Positions 20,090 to 29,559 are shown, numbered from the whole stretch's first letter. The stretch is 62,282 bases of DNA, filler included, from 5 parts of 5 records of this genome joined end to end with filler, not necessarily neighbours in it; one strand, 5' to 3'. A program made the numbers and translations. Notes: generated from the letters alone by a model not told the origin.

Positions 20090-20904
20090 ATGTCGCCTTA
20101 GTCGACAGCCACTGCCATCTGGACTACCCGCAATTTGCCGATGATTTTGCCGGAGCCGTCGCGCGTGCGAAAAATGCCGGTGTTGGCATGATGGTCAGCA
20201 TCGGCGTGAAACTGACAACGTTCGATCAGGTTCGTGCGGTTGCCGCGCAGGCAGACCATATTTATTGCACGATCGGGGTTCATCCGCACGAGGCGGGCGA
20301 GGAGGGGATATCAACCCCCGACGCCCTGATCGAAAAGGCGTCTGATCCCAAAATCATTGGTATCGGTGAAAGCGGCCTTGATTATTTCTATGATAATGCC
20401 CCGCGCGATGCACAGCAGGAAAGCTTCCGTGCGCATATCGCGGCCTGTCGTGAAACCGGGTTGCCCTTGATCGTTCATACCCGAGATGCAGATGATGACA
20501 CGATGGATATTCTTGAAGAAGAATATGAAAAGGGGCCGTTCCCCGGCCTTATCCATTGTTTTTCAAGTTCTGCGGCCTTGGCGCAACGAGCCTTGAAAAT
20601 CGGATTTTACATTTCGTGTTCGGGCATCATCACGTTTAACTCCGCCAAGGAAATCCGTGCGGCCCTCGAAGATGTACCGCTGGATCGGTTGCTGGTTGAA
20701 ACGGATGCGCCGTATCTGGCACCTGTACCAAAACGCGGCAAACCCAATGAGCCCAGTTATGTTGCCCATACGGCGGCAAAACTGGCGGAAATTAAAGGTG
20801 TCAGCGTCGAAGAAATCGCCCGCATCACAACGGATAATTTCTTTAATCTGTTTACCAAGGCCGATCGCAATAACCTTCTGGCGCTGGGGGATGGCGCACA
20901 GTGA
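20086..20904 (+). CDS. tatD: TatD-family hydrolase
   Basis: DSHCHLD, GVHPH, IGESGLDY, IVHTRDA, HCFS, VETDAPYL; conserved metG-tatD order. Confidence 0.95.
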   Translation: MNVALVDSHCHLDYPQFADDFAGAVARAKNAGVGMMVSIGVKLTTFDQVRAVAAQADHIYCTIGVHPHEAGEEGISTPDALIEKASDPKIIGIGESGLDYFYDNAPRDAQQESFRAHIAACRETGLPLIVHTRDADDDTMDILEEEYEKGPFPGLIHCFSSSAALAQRALKIGFYISCSGIITFNSAKEIRAALEDVPLDRLLVETDAPYLAPVPKRGKPNEPSYVAHTAAKLAEIKGVSVEEIARITTDNFFNLFTKADRNNLLALGDGAQ

Positions 20905-21674
20905 CGAAAATAACCATTCTGGGCTGTGGATCATCAAATGGTGTGCCATCTGTTGGCCTGGGATGGGGCCAGTGCGACCCGAAAAATCCTAAAAATCGAC
21001 GCTTGCGCAGCTCAATCCTGATAGAGGAAGCCGGCAAGAAGATCCTGGTAGATGTGACACCTGACTTTCGTCAGCAAGCATTGTCTCACGATATCAATCA
21101 TCTTGACGCAATCCTGTTTACACATGCGCATGCCGACCACGTCCACGGTATTGACGATGTGCGTTGGCTCAATGTTGCAATGGGACAACCGATCGACATT
21201 TACGCATCGGCGCAGACAATCTCGGACATTGATCATCGGTTTGCTTATGTCTTTACGCCGCTTCCTGACGGCGTCGCGTTCTTTTTTAAACCGGTACTGG
21301 TGCCGCATGTGATCTCTGGACCGTTTGAGGCAGCAGGGGTCCCAATAACAGTTTTCTCTCAGGATCACGGCTACTGCGAGACGTTGGGCTTCAAGATCGG
21401 GAAGTTTGCCTATTCGACCGACGTGGTTGATTTCCCCGAGGCGTCCAAACAACACCTCTATGATCTTGATGTCTGGGTCGTCGATTGCCTGCGCCATAAA
21501 CCGCATAACACACATGCCCATGTTGAAAAGCTGTTGAGCTGGGTTGAGGAATTCAAACCCAAACAGGTCTATATGACCCACATGAGCATCCAGTTTGATT
21601 ACGCGCAGGCGATGGCGGATACACCGTACAATGTTGAACCTGCGTATGACGGGCTTGTTATTAACGTGAACTGA
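20901..21674 (+). CDS. Metallo-beta-lactamase-fold hydrolase (PhnP-like)
   Basis: ILGCGSSNGVP, NRRLRSS, THAHADHVHG, YSTDV. Confidence 0.92.
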   Translation: MTKITILGCGSSNGVPSVGLGWGQCDPKNPKNRRLRSSILIEEAGKKILVDVTPDFRQQALSHDINHLDAILFTHAHADHVHGIDDVRWLNVAMGQPIDIYASAQTISDIDHRFAYVFTPLPDGVAFFFKPVLVPHVISGPFEAAGVPITVFSQDHGYCETLGFKIGKFAYSTDVVDFPEASKQHLYDLDVWVVDCLRHKPHNTHAHVEKLLSWVEEFKPKQVYMTHMSIQFDYAQAMADTPYNVEPAYDGLVINVN

Positions 21675-21903
21675 TCAGAACGAGCGTTTCACGGAGCCGG
21701 ATTGTTAGAGGAAAAAGGGCTCCGCTCTCCTATGCCAATTAGTTCTAAATAGTGCCATTTCGGGTGCTGTTGTTATTCATTTTTGGGGACCGTTGCTAAG
21801 AGGAATTAGACCACATTATTTCTGAAAAGTGTTAATGCGGTTGATTATGCTCATCACTGGCATTGACGCAGCTCATGAGAATTGGTGTCCCTTGCGAACA
21901 TAA

Positions 21904-22887
21904 TCAATTCGTCATAGTCGCGGTCTCTATGGTTGAGGTTTCGGTGGAAAAAAGCGCGCCGACTTTAAGACTTCTTATGGCCTGGTCATCATCACGCACG
22001 AGGAAAAGCGCGTTGAGCCCGCGTTTTCGTGCAAGTTCAGCACCCCGATCTGGTCCAAGCACCATCAGTGCAGTCGCCCAAGCGTCAGCCTCGGCACAGC
22101 TTTTTGCAACAACGGTGACTGATGCCGGGGACCGGAGGATCGGCGCGCCGCTATTTGGATCCATAGTGTGCGAAAAGCGGCGTCCTTGGACCTCGACCCA
22201 GTGATGGTAGTCCCCGGAGGTCGCAACGGCGGCATCTGTTAAGGCGAGGATCGAACGGGGGGCGCGACGCGCTGGATCCGGTGCCTCTACGGCAATGCTC
22301 CACGGTGCCCCGTCCGATCTAAGCCCGATTGCGCGCATTTCGCCGTCGATACCGACAAGGCCCGCTGTGATGCCAAAATCGTTGAGTGTTTGGGCAAGTC
22401 GGTCAACGCCGTAGCCTTTGGCGATGCCGTTGAGGTCCAACGTGAGCGGGGCAGTCTTGCGGATGCAGCCTTCGCCTGTTTCAAGAGCGATATAGGCCGG
22501 TATGCGCGACGCGGTTATCGCGGCACGTATCTGCTCGGGTTCTGCGTTCTCAGGTCCGAAACCCCAAGCTGTCACAGCATCTCCCATGCCAATGTCAAAC
22601 GCACCGTCCGAAACATGTCCTATTTCAAGCCCAAGACGCAGGACATAGAGAAGCTGTGCCGGAACATCCACCCATTGATTGACTGGCACAGCATTCAAGC
22701 GCATCAGATCGCTGTCTGGCTTCCAGGTCGACATTTGCGAGTCCACCTCATCTACAGCTGTCTGTAAGGCGGATTGCACGGGGGCAACATTGTATTCTTG
22801 TGGGGTGAAGAACAACGCCGACCAGCGCGTGCCCATGGTGGAGCCGTTAAGCGCATTACGTATCGCTTCAGTAGATATCTTCGACAT
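21904..22887 (-). CDS. apbE: FAD:protein FMN transferase (ApbE family)
   Basis: TMGT, MSTWKPDSDL, GAFDI, LDLNGIAKGYGVD, ATSGDY, SHTMDP, ADAWATAL. Confidence 0.95.
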   Translation of the reverse strand: MSKISTEAIRNALNGSTMGTRWSALFFTPQEYNVAPVQSALQTAVDEVDSQMSTWKPDSDLMRLNAVPVNQWVDVPAQLLYVLRLGLEIGHVSDGAFDIGMGDAVTAWGFGPENAEPEQIRAAITASRIPAYIALETGEGCIRKTAPLTLDLNGIAKGYGVDRLAQTLNDFGITAGLVGIDGEMRAIGLRSDGAPWSIAVEAPDPARRAPRSILALTDAAVATSGDYHHWVEVQGRRFSHTMDPNSGAPILRSPASVTVVAKSCAEADAWATALMVLGPDRGAELARKRGLNALFLVRDDDQAIRSLKVGALFSTETSTIETATMTN

Positions 22888-25075
22888 ACCTTCCCTCCGC
22901 TTTTAGTGTGGCAGGAGTTTCCAAGCTAACTGCCAGGATATCTGTCAGGGCATCGGCGACACCCGCAGACATTTCACGCCCGCCACACACCATGACGCGT
23001 GCGCCATCGTGAATGAGCCGGGTGACGTTTGCTGCGTCTTTACGTAGCGCGTCTTGTACATAACATGGTGATGTTCCGCGCGAGACAGCAAGAACGAGCC
23101 GGGAAAGACGACCGTCAGCCTGCCAGTTCTGCAATTCGTCGCTGTAAAAGAAATCGCTGTCGGGTTTACGCATTCCGAAAAAGAGATAAATGGGTCGGTG
23201 CCCCACGTTGCCGCGGATAAAACCTGCCAGAGGACCGATGCCTGTTCCCGCACCGATCAAGAGGAGGGGCGCGTGGCCTTTGCCGGGCTGGAATCCGGGA
23301 TTGCGATGCAGGAAAGCGGAAGTTTTCTCGCCGGTCTTCAGCGCGGTCAACTGACCGGAACAAAGGCCGCCCAGGTGCTTTTTCACCACGATCTCGATAA
23401 AGCCGTCGCGGTGCGAAGAGGCAAGTGAATAGAGGCGTGGCATGTTGGATCCTTCGGGAAGGATACCAATCAGGTCACCGGCCTGAAAGCGTGAAAATCC
23501 TGCTCCGGTCAGCCGTTGCCAAAGCGTCGACCGCGGCAGCGCGAAGCGAAGGATGGTTGCTGGTGCTTGTACCTCCGCCCCGTAGTCGCGGCGCGAAACA
23601 AGGGTAAGCATGTCCGTCTGCGGCAGGACCGGCTGATGGGTGAGTTCCAACTTTATCCCCAGCACGTCCCCAAGTGCTTGGCCCCAGCGTGCGAAATCCT
23701 GCGGTGACTGGCGGTTAACGGTGTCATAGGGCATCAGTTCCGGCCACTTCTTTGCCTCCGCCAGTTCGGCGACGGCTTTGGCGAAGGCGCAATATGCCGG
23801 AAAGCTGCGGTCACCAAAGCCAAGCACTGCCATTGGAATCTCTGGCGCATGGTCAAGCCTTTTGAGGCGATCAAGGAAACCCTTGGCAGATGCCGGTGCA
23901 TCTCCGTTGCCATAGGTCGCGGCAAGGAGAATGATGCGTTCGGCGCGGGCATAGCGGTCAGGTGTAAAAGTGGACATTGATGCGACATGGACACGCTGCC
24001 CCACTTCTGTAAGTGCTGCGTGCAGCGTGGCGGCGAAACCCCAGGTGCTGCCGCCTTCGCTACCGACAAGAAGGATCGTATGCGCCCGCCCAGCCGGTTG
24101 GTTGCCGCGAATTCCCGGACGTCTGCGCCGCCCCGAAAGCCAGATCAAAATCCCCGTCACACCCATCACAGGTATACCAAGCACCATCAGCCCCAGTACC
24201 AGCCCAAAAGTGGCCGCGCCTTGGCCGGTATGGAGCATGTAAACGGTGTCCGAGACGCGCTCCCACCAAGACAGGTTGGTCCAACTTAATAGCTCTCCGG
24301 TGCCCTGATCGAGATAGCCGATGCCCTCGTCTGTCTTTAACGTGAATACATCGGTTGCATCTCCGGGATAGGGGAGGTTCAAAGAGCGCATCTTGGCTAC
24401 CGGGACGTCGCCGATCATTGCAAGTTTGGCAAGTTCGATGCCGCTATCTCCGCTGACACTTGTGGGGAAGCGGGGGGGGGGGCCACCGTCAGGCAGAAGA
24501 TCAAAGGTCGAGGACGTCATCCACAAGGCTGTTACCGAGGAAATGGCAAGGCCGAACACCGCGACCCTTGCGACCTCGACGTGCAAGCGGCTTGAAAACG
24601 GTCCGCGCAGGGGTGCAAACCATTGCCGCCAGCCGCCAGCGCGCCTCGCAACCAATGTCGCGCCCGACAGTGCCAGCACCAGCATGGCCGCCGCACCCGT
24701 TGCCATCCCGATGCGCCCTGCGTCACCAAGGAACAGCGACCGGTGCAGGTTCGTAAGCCAGCGTTCCACCTGATTTGGGTCGGCCGACGCCACGCCCTGA
24801 CCTGTCGCGGGGTCGATCACGGCTGCATCGGGGACCCCTTGGTCGAACCAGTAGGCGGTGATCCGTCCTGACGGGGCGCGGCGGATCTGATCGACGCCCG
24901 GATAGGCGCTCTGGATGCGCTCAGCCAACACGCCGACGCTCATATCCATCTCGGCCTGAGGGGCAGACAGGTGTTCGATCGCAGGAAACACGGATAGCGC
25001 GGCACCACTGAGCGCAAGAACCATGATGATGCCCAGCGCTAGAAGGCCCGGCCAGCGATGAAGACCGCGGATCAT
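22868..25075 (-). CDS. PepSY-associated TM protein fused to flavodoxin and FAD/NAD(P)-binding reductase domains
   Basis: LHRW, LHRSL and LHTG membrane His motifs; GSEGGSTW, ATYGNGDAP, LGFGDRSF (flavodoxin); RLYSLAS, GAGTGIGP, MVCGG (FNR). Confidence 0.9.
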   Translation of the reverse strand: MIRGLHRWPGLLALGIIMVLALSGAALSVFPAIEHLSAPQAEMDMSVGVLAERIQSAYPGVDQIRRAPSGRITAYWFDQGVPDAAVIDPATGQGVASADPNQVERWLTNLHRSLFLGDAGRIGMATGAAAMLVLALSGATLVARRAGGWRQWFAPLRGPFSSRLHVEVARVAVFGLAISSVTALWMTSSTFDLLPDGGPPPRFPTSVSGDSGIELAKLAMIGDVPVAKMRSLNLPYPGDATDVFTLKTDEGIGYLDQGTGELLSWTNLSWWERVSDTVYMLHTGQGAATFGLVLGLMVLGIPVMGVTGILIWLSGRRRRPGIRGNQPAGRAHTILLVGSEGGSTWGFAATLHAALTEVGQRVHVASMSTFTPDRYARAERIILLAATYGNGDAPASAKGFLDRLKRLDHAPEIPMAVLGFGDRSFPAYCAFAKAVAELAEAKKWPELMPYDTVNRQSPQDFARWGQALGDVLGIKLELTHQPVLPQTDMLTLVSRRDYGAEVQAPATILRFALPRSTLWQRLTGAGFSRFQAGDLIGILPEGSNMPRLYSLASSHRDGFIEIVVKKHLGGLCSGQLTALKTGEKTSAFLHRNPGFQPGKGHAPLLLIGAGTGIGPLAGFIRGNVGHRPIYLFFGMRKPDSDFFYSDELQNWQADGRLSRLVLAVSRGTSPCYVQDALRKDAANVTRLIHDGARVMVCGGREMSAGVADALTDILAVSLETPATLKAEGRYVEDIY

Positions 25076-25089
25076 GCTGCTTCTCTCCT

Positions 25090-25560
25090 TTAAATGTCGT
25101 AGATGAAGCTGGCGATATAGCGACGGCCTTTGACCGGCGTACCTGCACCGCTTGTCGTTAGCGGCACAGAGACTTCGTTCGGGCTGTCGCGCATATCCTC
25201 AACGGCAGCGTCGATGTGAAGCGTGTACCCCGCATCAAACAGCGTATCGGCAAGGTCTAGTGTGATTTCGAGCGTGCGGCCAGCGCCCAGACTGGCACCG
25301 GTGATACCATTTATCTGGGCGGTGTCACCACCGGTGGCGCGATACCAATCTGTCAGATGTTCATAATATTTCGACTTGGTACCAGCCATCCACAGGCTGC
25401 CGACATAAGCACCGGACGTATCCGTGACGTAAAGCGCAAGATAGGCGCCGTCGCCCCCATAATTGTTGAGTGTTGTCGAGAGAGTGACCTGGCGCGCCAT
25501 TGCGGCGCCGGGAAACGTCAGTGCTGTGGTGACAGCAAGGGTTGCGAGAAGTGATTTCAT
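25090..25560 (-). CDS. DUF2271-family exported protein, probable flavinylation substrate
   Basis: Signal peptide ending AMA, YLALYV, WY, and NGITGAS resembling the ApbE target motif Dxx[ST]GA[ST]. Confidence 0.8.
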   Translation of the reverse strand: MKSLLATLAVTTALTFPGAAMARQVTLSTTLNNYGGDGAYLALYVTDTSGAYVGSLWMAGTKSKYYEHLTDWYRATGGDTAQINGITGASLGAGRTLEITLDLADTLFDAGYTLHIDAAVEDMRDSPNEVSVPLTTSGAGTPVKGRRYIASFIYDI

Positions 25561-25598
25561 CGTGGCAGTCCTTCTGGATTGAAATATGTCTGAAAGGT

Positions 25599-25967
25599 TC
25601 AGTTCACCTGAACCTTTGGTGACGCCCCACTGCCAAAGAGCCCGTTCTGCGGCGGCGCAACAGTGCCCGCGGGGGCAGGATTGGAAACGCCACCTCGACA
25701 GCCGTCGTCACAATCGTCATCATCATCATCATGATCGTAATCGTCGTCATCATCGTGATCATGACGACTCCGGGAACCTTTGAAAAAGCTATGGCTGTCA
25801 TCGTTACTGGCCAGAATGAGCGGCAGTATCTGTGCCGCGTCTTCGTAGAAAACGCCAAAGGATTGAGAATTCGCGTCGGTGGGAGCTTGCAGAGCACTCC
25901 AGGCAGGTACCCCGATGGCGGCCGTCAGCGCGGTGGAAGTGGCAAGAAGTATGAGGGTCTTTCGCAT
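25599..25967 (-). CDS. Exported hypothetical protein with a His/Asp-rich tract
   Basis: Signal peptide, HDHDDDDDYDHDDDDDDCDD, C-terminal PAPAGTVAPPQNGLFG; GGAGA RBS upstream. Confidence 0.75.
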   Translation of the reverse strand: MRKTLILLATSTALTAAIGVPAWSALQAPTDANSQSFGVFYEDAAQILPLILASNDDSHSFFKGSRSRHDHDDDDDYDHDDDDDDCDDGCRGGVSNPAPAGTVAPPQNGLFGSGASPKVQVN

Positions 25968-26012
25968 GGCAGGGTCTCCTTTTTGTCTGCTAAGGTCACT
26001 ATGCAGACCCGA

Positions 26013-26066
26013 CCTGATGGCTTCCTGACAGCGAAGCGATTGCTGCTTCAGCTTGCCGTCAGGAAG
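26013..26066. promoter_or_regulatory. Probable regulator binding site
   Basis: CCTGA direct repeat with 11-bp spacing (26013, 26024) and inverted repeat CTTCCTGAC/GTCAGGAAG upstream of the 25967 start. Confidence 0.5.
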
Positions 26067-26138
26067 AAAGGGGCCTTATCGCGAAGATTGGGTGTCGTAA
26101 ATACGCCCTTGCTGCATGGCAATCTTGTCAGATGTCGG

Positions 26139-27494
26139 TCAAGCAAAGGTGAAATGTTCGTAGCGCACCCGGCGTGGCGTCTGGCCCGACGCTTTCAGGT
26201 CTTTGAGGATTGCGTTTTTCAGTCCTGTTGGACCACAGAACCAGAGGTCAGCTTCTCGAATGGGGAACGGTGCCGATCCGCTCAACCGCTCTGCAGTCAA
26301 ACGACCGTCCTGCGCAGTTGCGATGACCTCGAAGCTGAACTTCGCAGTGCGTAGCGCTGCTGCGCGAAGAGTCTCAAGCTCAATCGCGTCTTCCTGTGTG
26401 CGAACACAATAGACTAGGTGGATTTTGCGTTGCTCCGCCTCGGTCAGGCTTTCAGCCCAGGCGATAAATGGCGTAATCCCGACGCCGCCAGCCAGCCAGA
26501 TCTGCTGCCTGCCACCTGTACGAAAGTCGAACCGCCCGTAAGGACCTTCGACGTCTACAAGCATGCCCTCGCGCAGGGCGTTGGGCAGGCGCCGCGTCCA
26601 GCCGCCGAGTGCGCGGATAGAAAGGTGCAGCGTACCATCGGAGCGCGGGGCGCTGGAAATCGTAAAGGGATGTGGCTCGGATAATCCGGCGTCTGGGGCG
26701 CTGATAAAGGCAAACTGCCCCGGTCGCCAGCGCATGGCCCGCCCATCTGGTGCCAGTGTTAGCGAAGTGGTATCTGCGTGCCGGCTGATTGCACTGACCT
26801 TAAATGTCCGACGTCGCAAGCGCGGGGCAATGAATTCGATATGGAGCCAGGCGACCAGTCCGGCGATGCCAAAGATATTGAGAAGCCACGACAGGGATTG
26901 ATCCGCAACGGTCGGCATGTCGACAAAGAACTGGTGAAACACTACAATGGCGAAAAAAACGCCCATGAAGCGATGGCTGAAACGCCAGAGCTGATAGGGA
27001 ATTTCAAGCCCGATGAACGGTAAACGTCGAAACCAGCTGATCACGATCAGCGCCAGAAAGGCGTTGAAGGCAAACTCGCCCAAATCGCTGGCAAAGTCGC
27101 CGAGGTTCGTCTCCCGCACTGTACGGTCGAAATCGGGCTCGAACTGGTCATGCAGGATCATCAGCACAAGCGCCGAGATACCCAGCCATTTATGAACTTG
27201 ATACATCCGATCCAGTCCCCCGAACAGAGGCTCCAGCAGGCTGGAGCGCGTCGCAAGAATCAGGGTTTGGCTCATCGCGACAACAGCCATGGCACCAAGA
27301 GCTACGCCAATGGCCGCCGAGGGACCAAATGGTGCATAGATGACAATGCCAAGACCGCCCGCGATACAGCAAGCCAGTGCGACCAGTAAGGGTCCAATTA
27401 AACTGACGATCCTGGCAAACGTTGGAAACCCCCAGAAAAAACGATGATCTGACGTCACGCCAGCAACGTCAGATTCTCTTGCCACGTCATTCAT
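26139..27494 (-). CDS. Ferric-reductase-like transmembrane FAD/NAD(P)H oxidoreductase
   Basis: FGGLDRMYQVHKWLG, WRFSHR, PGQFA, HPFTISS, EGPYGRF, AGGVGITPF, FCGP; start placed at the ATG overlapping the PepSY stop. Confidence 0.9.
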   Translation of the reverse strand: MNDVARESDVAGVTSDHRFFWGFPTFARIVSLIGPLLVALACCIAGGLGIVIYAPFGPSAAIGVALGAMAVVAMSQTLILATRSSLLEPLFGGLDRMYQVHKWLGISALVLMILHDQFEPDFDRTVRETNLGDFASDLGEFAFNAFLALIVISWFRRLPFIGLEIPYQLWRFSHRFMGVFFAIVVFHQFFVDMPTVADQSLSWLLNIFGIAGLVAWLHIEFIAPRLRRRTFKVSAISRHADTTSLTLAPDGRAMRWRPGQFAFISAPDAGLSEPHPFTISSAPRSDGTLHLSIRALGGWTRRLPNALREGMLVDVEGPYGRFDFRTGGRQQIWLAGGVGITPFIAWAESLTEAEQRKIHLVYCVRTQEDAIELETLRAAALRTAKFSFEVIATAQDGRLTAERLSGSAPFPIREADLWFCGPTGLKNAILKDLKASGQTPRRVRYEHFTFA

Positions 27495-27798
27495 GATCAC
27501 TGGCTTTTCGGTTGCGGTGCGCATGATCATCGTCTTCGTATTCGATCTCGATCACTTGAAGTGTGGCCGGGTGAACCTTGACCTCAATCTGGCGACCTGC
27601 GGCATTCCTGCCGTCAATCTCGTAGCAGCCGTCATCGATTTTGATGCGACGAACCGTCCAGCCGTTTTCTTCAGCCAGCCGGGCAACGGCTTCGCGGGGT
27701 TGCCAGTGCATCATCGGGACAAAGCAGTCATCGTCAGCCGATGCGACACCGACCGGGAAGGCCACGAGAAAACTGAGAATTGTCAATGCCTTCTTCAT
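27487..27798 (-). CDS. Small periplasmic PepSY-domain protein
   Basis: Signal peptide, C..P...WQPREAV, GWTVRRIKIDDGCYEI, HPATL. Confidence 0.88.
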   Translation of the reverse strand: MKKALTILSFLVAFPVGVASADDDCFVPMMHWQPREAVARLAEENGWTVRRIKIDDGCYEIDGRNAAGRQIEVKVHPATLQVIEIEYEDDDHAHRNRKASDHE

Positions 27799-27978
27799 GC
27801 GCCAAACTCCTTGCTACGGCCATTTGGACGCGTTCAACGCAACACTTCCGAAACTGCACGCTGGTTCTATAATATATATTATGACAAATAATTGAATATC
27901 AAATCCAGGAATATTATATATTTGAATCAATATCTTACGCGTCGTTCTACAATCCTCTGCCGCCATTCGGTCAGCCTT

Positions 27979-29397
27979 TTAGGCCGATGTATCACTTGCT
28001 GCATCCCCCCGTTCGAACTGAACGGTAAAGACACATCCGTTGTGATCATCAGGTTTTGTCAGCTTCACAGTCGTATGGTGACGCAGCGCAATTTCACGGA
28101 CGATCGATAATCCAAGCCCACACCCGTCCTCTCCGTTCTCGGCTATACGATAAAACCGTTTGAAAACATCCTTATGGTACTTCGATGGAATTCCCGGACC
28201 GTTGTCTTTGACCGTCAAGATTACACTGTTGCGCACCACGTCATCTTCCAGTCGGACTGTGACAGCACTTCCTTCCGGGCAATATGTCAGCGCATTATGC
28301 ACAAGGTTCTTCAAAAGCTCCTCAATCAACGTGGCATTGCCCATGATCATCGTGGGTTCTGTGATGCCTTCATATCCAAGATCAATGCCGCTTTCGATGG
28401 CCGTCATGACTTTTGATGCTGTCACTGTTCTGGTGATGTCACACAGATCAATCTTCTCAAAAGGTCGACCGGCAAGACCTTCCGGTGCGGCACGGGCCGA
28501 TGCAAGCAACTGATTGGCCAAATGCGACGTTTGCTGGGTGGACGTAGCAATCGTTGCCATGATCTGGTGCAGCTTTTCCGGATCATCTTCACGCAGGCCC
28601 AACTCAGACTGCGTGCGCAATGCGGCAAGTGGCGTACGCAACTGATGTGCGGCATCCGCTGTAAAGCGCTGCATGGTTGCCAAACTGTTTCCAAGGCGTT
28701 GAAAAAGATGATTAATCGCGCCGACGAGGTGCCGCACTTCATTGGGAACATCATGCTCAATCGGCCGTAAGTCGGTTGGTGAACGACGGTTAAGTGCCTC
28801 TTCAAGGCGCGTGAGCGGCTTGAGCCCCTGCCCGATACCAAACCAGACAATCACAGCTGCAATCACAATCAGTGCAATCTGACGCGCAGCCGCACTGGCA
28901 AGGATGTCTTCGCTCAGACTTGTTCTGGTACCCATGGTTTCAGCAACAAGCACCTGAAAACGTGTTGCCTTTCGAACGCTGGCGACATAGCGCGACAACG
29001 CGCCAATGCGAACATTTTCGCCGTTATACACCGCATCATAAAACACCGGATTTTCGCGCAGTGGCAATAACGCGTCTGGTACCGGCGGCAGATCTTCGTA
29101 CCCGGTGATAAATTCACCCTGTATGGTGCCAACTTGATAAAACACGCGGTCTTCGGCCGAACTTGTCAGCATCTCAAGTGCGACATACGGCACATCAACT
29201 TCTATCTTGCCCCCGATCAGGACAACACGGTCGGCAATCGCCAATGCAGAACTTAAAAGTGCGCGGTCAAATGCTTGATTTGTCGAGCGAACAGCGTTGC
29301 TTCGCACTTCAAGAAGCATTAAAGAACTGATCACCAAAAGCGGGATCAGAAGCCAGATAATCAGCCGTCGCCTGAGTGATCCGTTACGCCATTTCAT
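27979..29397 (-). CDS. Sensor histidine kinase, TctE-like
   Basis: SLRRRL N-terminus, FDRAL, PYVALEML..DRVFYQV periplasmic domain, H-box DAAHQLRTPL, NLVHNA, DNGPGI, GCGLGL. Confidence 0.9.
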   Translation of the reverse strand: MKWRNGSLRRRLIIWLLIPLLVISSLMLLEVRSNAVRSTNQAFDRALLSSALAIADRVVLIGGKIEVDVPYVALEMLTSSAEDRVFYQVGTIQGEFITGYEDLPPVPDALLPLRENPVFYDAVYNGENVRIGALSRYVASVRKATRFQVLVAETMGTRTSLSEDILASAAARQIALIVIAAVIVWFGIGQGLKPLTRLEEALNRRSPTDLRPIEHDVPNEVRHLVGAINHLFQRLGNSLATMQRFTADAAHQLRTPLAALRTQSELGLREDDPEKLHQIMATIATSTQQTSHLANQLLASARAAPEGLAGRPFEKIDLCDITRTVTASKVMTAIESGIDLGYEGITEPTMIMGNATLIEELLKNLVHNALTYCPEGSAVTVRLEDDVVRNSVILTVKDNGPGIPSKYHKDVFKRFYRIAENGEDGCGLGLSIVREIALRHHTTVKLTKPDDHNGCVFTVQFERGDAASDTSA

Positions 29398-29407
29398 GTC
29401 TTTTTCA

Positions 29408-29507
29408 NNNNNNNNNNNNNNNNNNNNNNNNNNNNNNNNNNNNNNNNNNNNTTAATTAATTAANNNNNNNNNNNNNNNNNNNNNNNNNNNNNNNNNNNNN
29501 NNNNNNN
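29408..29507. other. Artificial contig spacer
   Basis: N44-TTAATTAATTAA-N44. Confidence 0.98.
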
Positions 29508-29520
29508 AAAGGAATCAGGG

Positions 29521-29535
29521 TTAAGCCTTGGTTGA
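29521..29535. promoter_or_regulatory. CtrA-like box upstream of flgB
   Basis: TTAA-GCCTTGG-TTGA, one mismatch to TTAA-N7-TTAA. Confidence 0.6.
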
Positions 29536-29559
29536 AATCCAACGAAGGAGAATCCTTTG

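Noticed and set aside
21830-21856. Fur-box-like TAATGCGGTTGATTATG
   Set aside because: Weak match, lying between two convergent gene ends with no gene to control
27979-29397. Kinase as the cognate regulator of the PepSY/ApbE cluster
   Set aside because: It looks TctE-like and host-like in composition; only adjacency supports the link
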